Position numbers and translations under genes: made by a program. Shown here piece by piece: positions 61,341-64,000 of a DNA stretch of 64,000 nucleotides (positions are counted from its first letter, which is position 1; the number at the start of each line of letters is the position of its first letter). Under the pieces are notes generated by a model. That model searched no databases, was not told where the DNA came from, and was given only the letters and a program-made list of their open reading frames with translations. The stretch is from Trichodelitschia bisporula (Eukaryota), in assembly GCA_010356995.1 (NCBI GenBank), contig ML996694.1:433224-497223 (forward strand), written 5' to 3'.

Positions 61341-62048
61341 TCGCTTGTGTATGGCTCCTTGGTGTGACGGCAGCGGTTTTGTGCAAAAGTGGACTGTTGG
61401 TATGTGTATGATTTGGGCATGTGCGTATAGCCTTTGGATTGCGTCCCATGTGCGAAAAAGGGAGCGAGCGAGCTGGAAGGGAGGGGGGGAGGGAAGCAGG
61501 CGGGGCTGGGATACTGGAGTCTCATTCTTTATCACTTTATGGGGTCCTTACCCAGCCGATTGGTCCCTCTTGCGTCTTTTCTTCGGTTCCAATCCAGAGC
61601 ATGCGCGTTCGGTGCGCAAACTTCTTGTTCGAGTCTGCGTTAAGAATCTGATTGCTAGGTATGTGTGGCGGTTTCCCTATAGCCTGCTCTTATTTTGTTC
61701 TCGAGATATGAGTCTATGTATGCGCTTTCTTAGTTTCTTGTGTGCCTAGCAAGGGAGTGGCGAATGGGGAGGTGTGCATGGTGTAGCATGCCTTTGTGGG
61801 GATATATGAACTCTGTGTCGGTAGTGATGCTAGCTCATAGATGGGTAGATTATTTCTATCATGTCCTTGAGTCGCTTTGTCGAGCCTTAGGTACAAGTCT
61901 AGCCATGGCACACGACCGAACTAGGCCAATGAACACGCCCTTGCAAACTTCGGTCCGACCGAGCCAGAAACCAGTCACCGATGCCTATGCAACAGTACAC
62001 ACCGAGCACCTGCCCAATGCATCCAATATCCATACCCACAACCCCAGC

Positions 62049-63345
62049 TCAAGCAAGCCTAACGTATGCTGATGGAGCGTGTTAGTGTCCCAACATCGGC
62101 GGACCAAGCGAGCACCTACTAGCATCGATCTGCTGCACCTGCGGCAGCGCCAGCCGGACCTTATTCCGATACAAAGCCGGCTGGCGTTTCTGCAGCGGAT
62201 TCCCCTCCAGGTACACGGTCTGCAGCTCAGCCTTGTCGCGCAGCTGTTGCTCTACCTCCTCGAAGCTATCAAGTTTGCACGAGCTCGCCCACAGCTCTTC
62301 CAGCTGGGACTGGGCTTCCAGGCCCGTGAGGTGCTCGAGGGGGTTCGCGGATATGTCCAACACGCGCAGGTTGGTGTTGCCTGACAGACCGGAGATCTCA
62401 GTGAGTGCATTGTGCGAGACGTAGAGTTCTTCAAGTTGGGGGAGGGATTCGAGACCGGAAAGCTCGTGCAGCCGGTTGGATTGGATGGACAGGATTTTGA
62501 GGTTGCTGAGTGTGTCCAGGCCGCTCAGGGATGTAAGCTTGTTCTTGCCCAACCACAACTTCTCAAGTGCCGTCAAAGTCTCCAGGTTTTGGATTGTGCG
62601 GATGCGGTTTCCACCCAGCTCAAGGTTGGTGAGGTTGGTTAGGCCCTCAAGGTTCTCGATCACGGAAATTTTGTTTTGCACGAAATACAGGTCTGTCAGC
62701 TTCTGTAGGTGATTGACCCGGCGGATGTGTTTGATCTTGTTGAAACTGAAATCCAGACTCGTCAACTCAGAGAAATCTTCCAAGCCCTTGATGGAGGAGA
62801 TCAAGTTGTCGTATAAGTCAAGATCCTTCAGTGTACTCGCGAGGCTGGGTGGAAATTCAACCGCAGTGATCTGGTTCTGTCGAAGGCAAAGCCGCTGAAT
62901 TGTTAGACAGGTTTACGAACGACGTAAGGAGCTAACCTCGACATGCTGAAATCGCTCCAAGCGGAGCGCGGGTATGGACTGGATCCGGCAGTGGACGAGA
63001 TCGATCTCCTGAGGCTCGCATTAGCCGATGTCATCGACTGGAGTTAAAGAGAAGCTACAGTAGTATCGTCCTCCAAATCCGCGCACAAATCTACGATCAC
63101 ATCAGCCATCCGTTGCCGTAACCACGCTCTGAGGGAAGCGCACCCTCATCTGCCTCGATCTGCTGGAGCGGCGGCGCATCGTCATCTTCGCTCTCTGGCT
63201 CACTCTCGTTCACAACCGCTCTCCGCTCAATGCGAAGCTTGCCATCCCAGCCCCGAGAATTGCGTGGTGAATGAGCGACAGTCGCCTCTGTGCCATCGGT
63301 GGTGGCGGGGAGCTGGATGTGGGGTTCGTCCGTCGGGGAAGCCAT
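62049..63345 (-). CDS. SDS22: Protein phosphatase 1 regulatory subunit Sds22 (LRR protein), ~366 aa; exons 63345-63144, 63090-63059, 63008-62937, 62894-62120, 62068-62049
   Basis: GWDGKLR N-terminal motif; EIDLVHCRI; tandem LxxLxLxxNxI repeats (LDFSFNKI, LELGGNRI, LWLGKNKL); LRR cap YRNKVRLALPQVQQIDATYV. Confidence 0.95.
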
Positions 63346-64000
63346 CGGATCGGGTGTGGTGGGGTTGTGAGCGGATGGTTGTTAAGTTAAACTCAAGAGC
63401 AAGAGGAGGCGGAGGCGAAAAGCAAGACTTGTATAGGAAAGTAAGGCAGAATTCGCTTGCTGAACACAGGAAACAGGCGCAGTGTCTGCCTTCTGTAGAG
63501 CAGGGTTGACGGTGTTGGGCATTTGTGGCTGTGGAACCTCCTCAAGCTGGGGAGGGGACGACGTGGGGTGGTGGGGTCATGAACCTTGGCAGCTTGTGCC
63601 TTGCATCACAGCTGCCAATAATACCTTGTGACGCGGATGGGATGTACCAGAGTGCTATGCGTGCTACATCGGAACAGGTTTTGATCTTACGGAACATTCT
63701 TCCACAACATACTCCGCAGGCACAGCATCATGGTGGCGAACTGATATCTCGGGGTGCAGTAGAGCAGCGATGGGTAGCATTTCAACCATATTTTTGCCCG
63801 AGGGCCAGTCATCAGGCCATGAGGCGCTCAGCCTGATATCGCTTCTCGTTGCAAGTCGTTGCCACCCACCAAATACCGGACACGTCACAGTTTCCTTTGA
63901 GCTATGGAACACGTTACAGTATACGAGCTTCAGTCAATGATTGTGTCAGTTAGGAGGCATTTTCAAGCTAGAGGGGCGGATCCGAAGCATGTTGTAGGTA

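Noticed and set aside
1..64000. tRNA/rRNA, transposons, RIP-degraded repeats, CRISPR arrays, secondary-metabolite cluster
   Set aside because: No cloverleaf or T-loop motifs, transposase/RT ORFs, terminal repeats, AT-rich blocks, spaced repeat arrays or backbone synthases seen by eye. tRNAscan-SE, Infernal and repeat searches would be needed to exclude small elements.

Overview
This is eukaryotic DNA from a filamentous ascomycete (Pezizomycotina; Dothideomycetes-like is my inference only), with short GT-AG introns, mostly 42-76 nt, usually carrying CTRAY-type branch points. I assembled exon chains by hand for 12 spliced genes (42 introns, all frame-consistent) and found 3 single-exon ORFs. 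In order: VPS13 (-), a cytochrome P450 (+), a VosA-type velvet regulator (-), a ~6.4 kb gene-free stretch, a SAS3-type MYST acetyltransferase (-), complex I subunit NDUFA1/MWFE (+), a Uds1-domain coiled-coil protein (+), mitochondrial ribosomal protein S7 (-), the Nup98-Nup96 precursor (+), a disordered orphan ORF (-), a 73-N assembly gap, a small 3-exon hypothetical gene (+), TFIIH subunit Tfb1 (-), a DUF1992 protein (-), a Ser/Thr-rich GPI-type protein (-), coronin (+) and Sds22 (-). I saw no tRNA/rRNA, transposon, CRISPR array or secondary-metabolite cluster, and no clearly new multi-gene system. The most notable signals concern splicing and regulation: 8 of 42 introns need purine (AAG/GAG) acceptors, NDUFA1 has a 4-nt microexon, stop-containing introns in Nup98-96 and in the velvet domain could give truncated isoforms, and the velvet gene is unusually long with a large upstream region. 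Gene names come from recalled motifs, not database searches.
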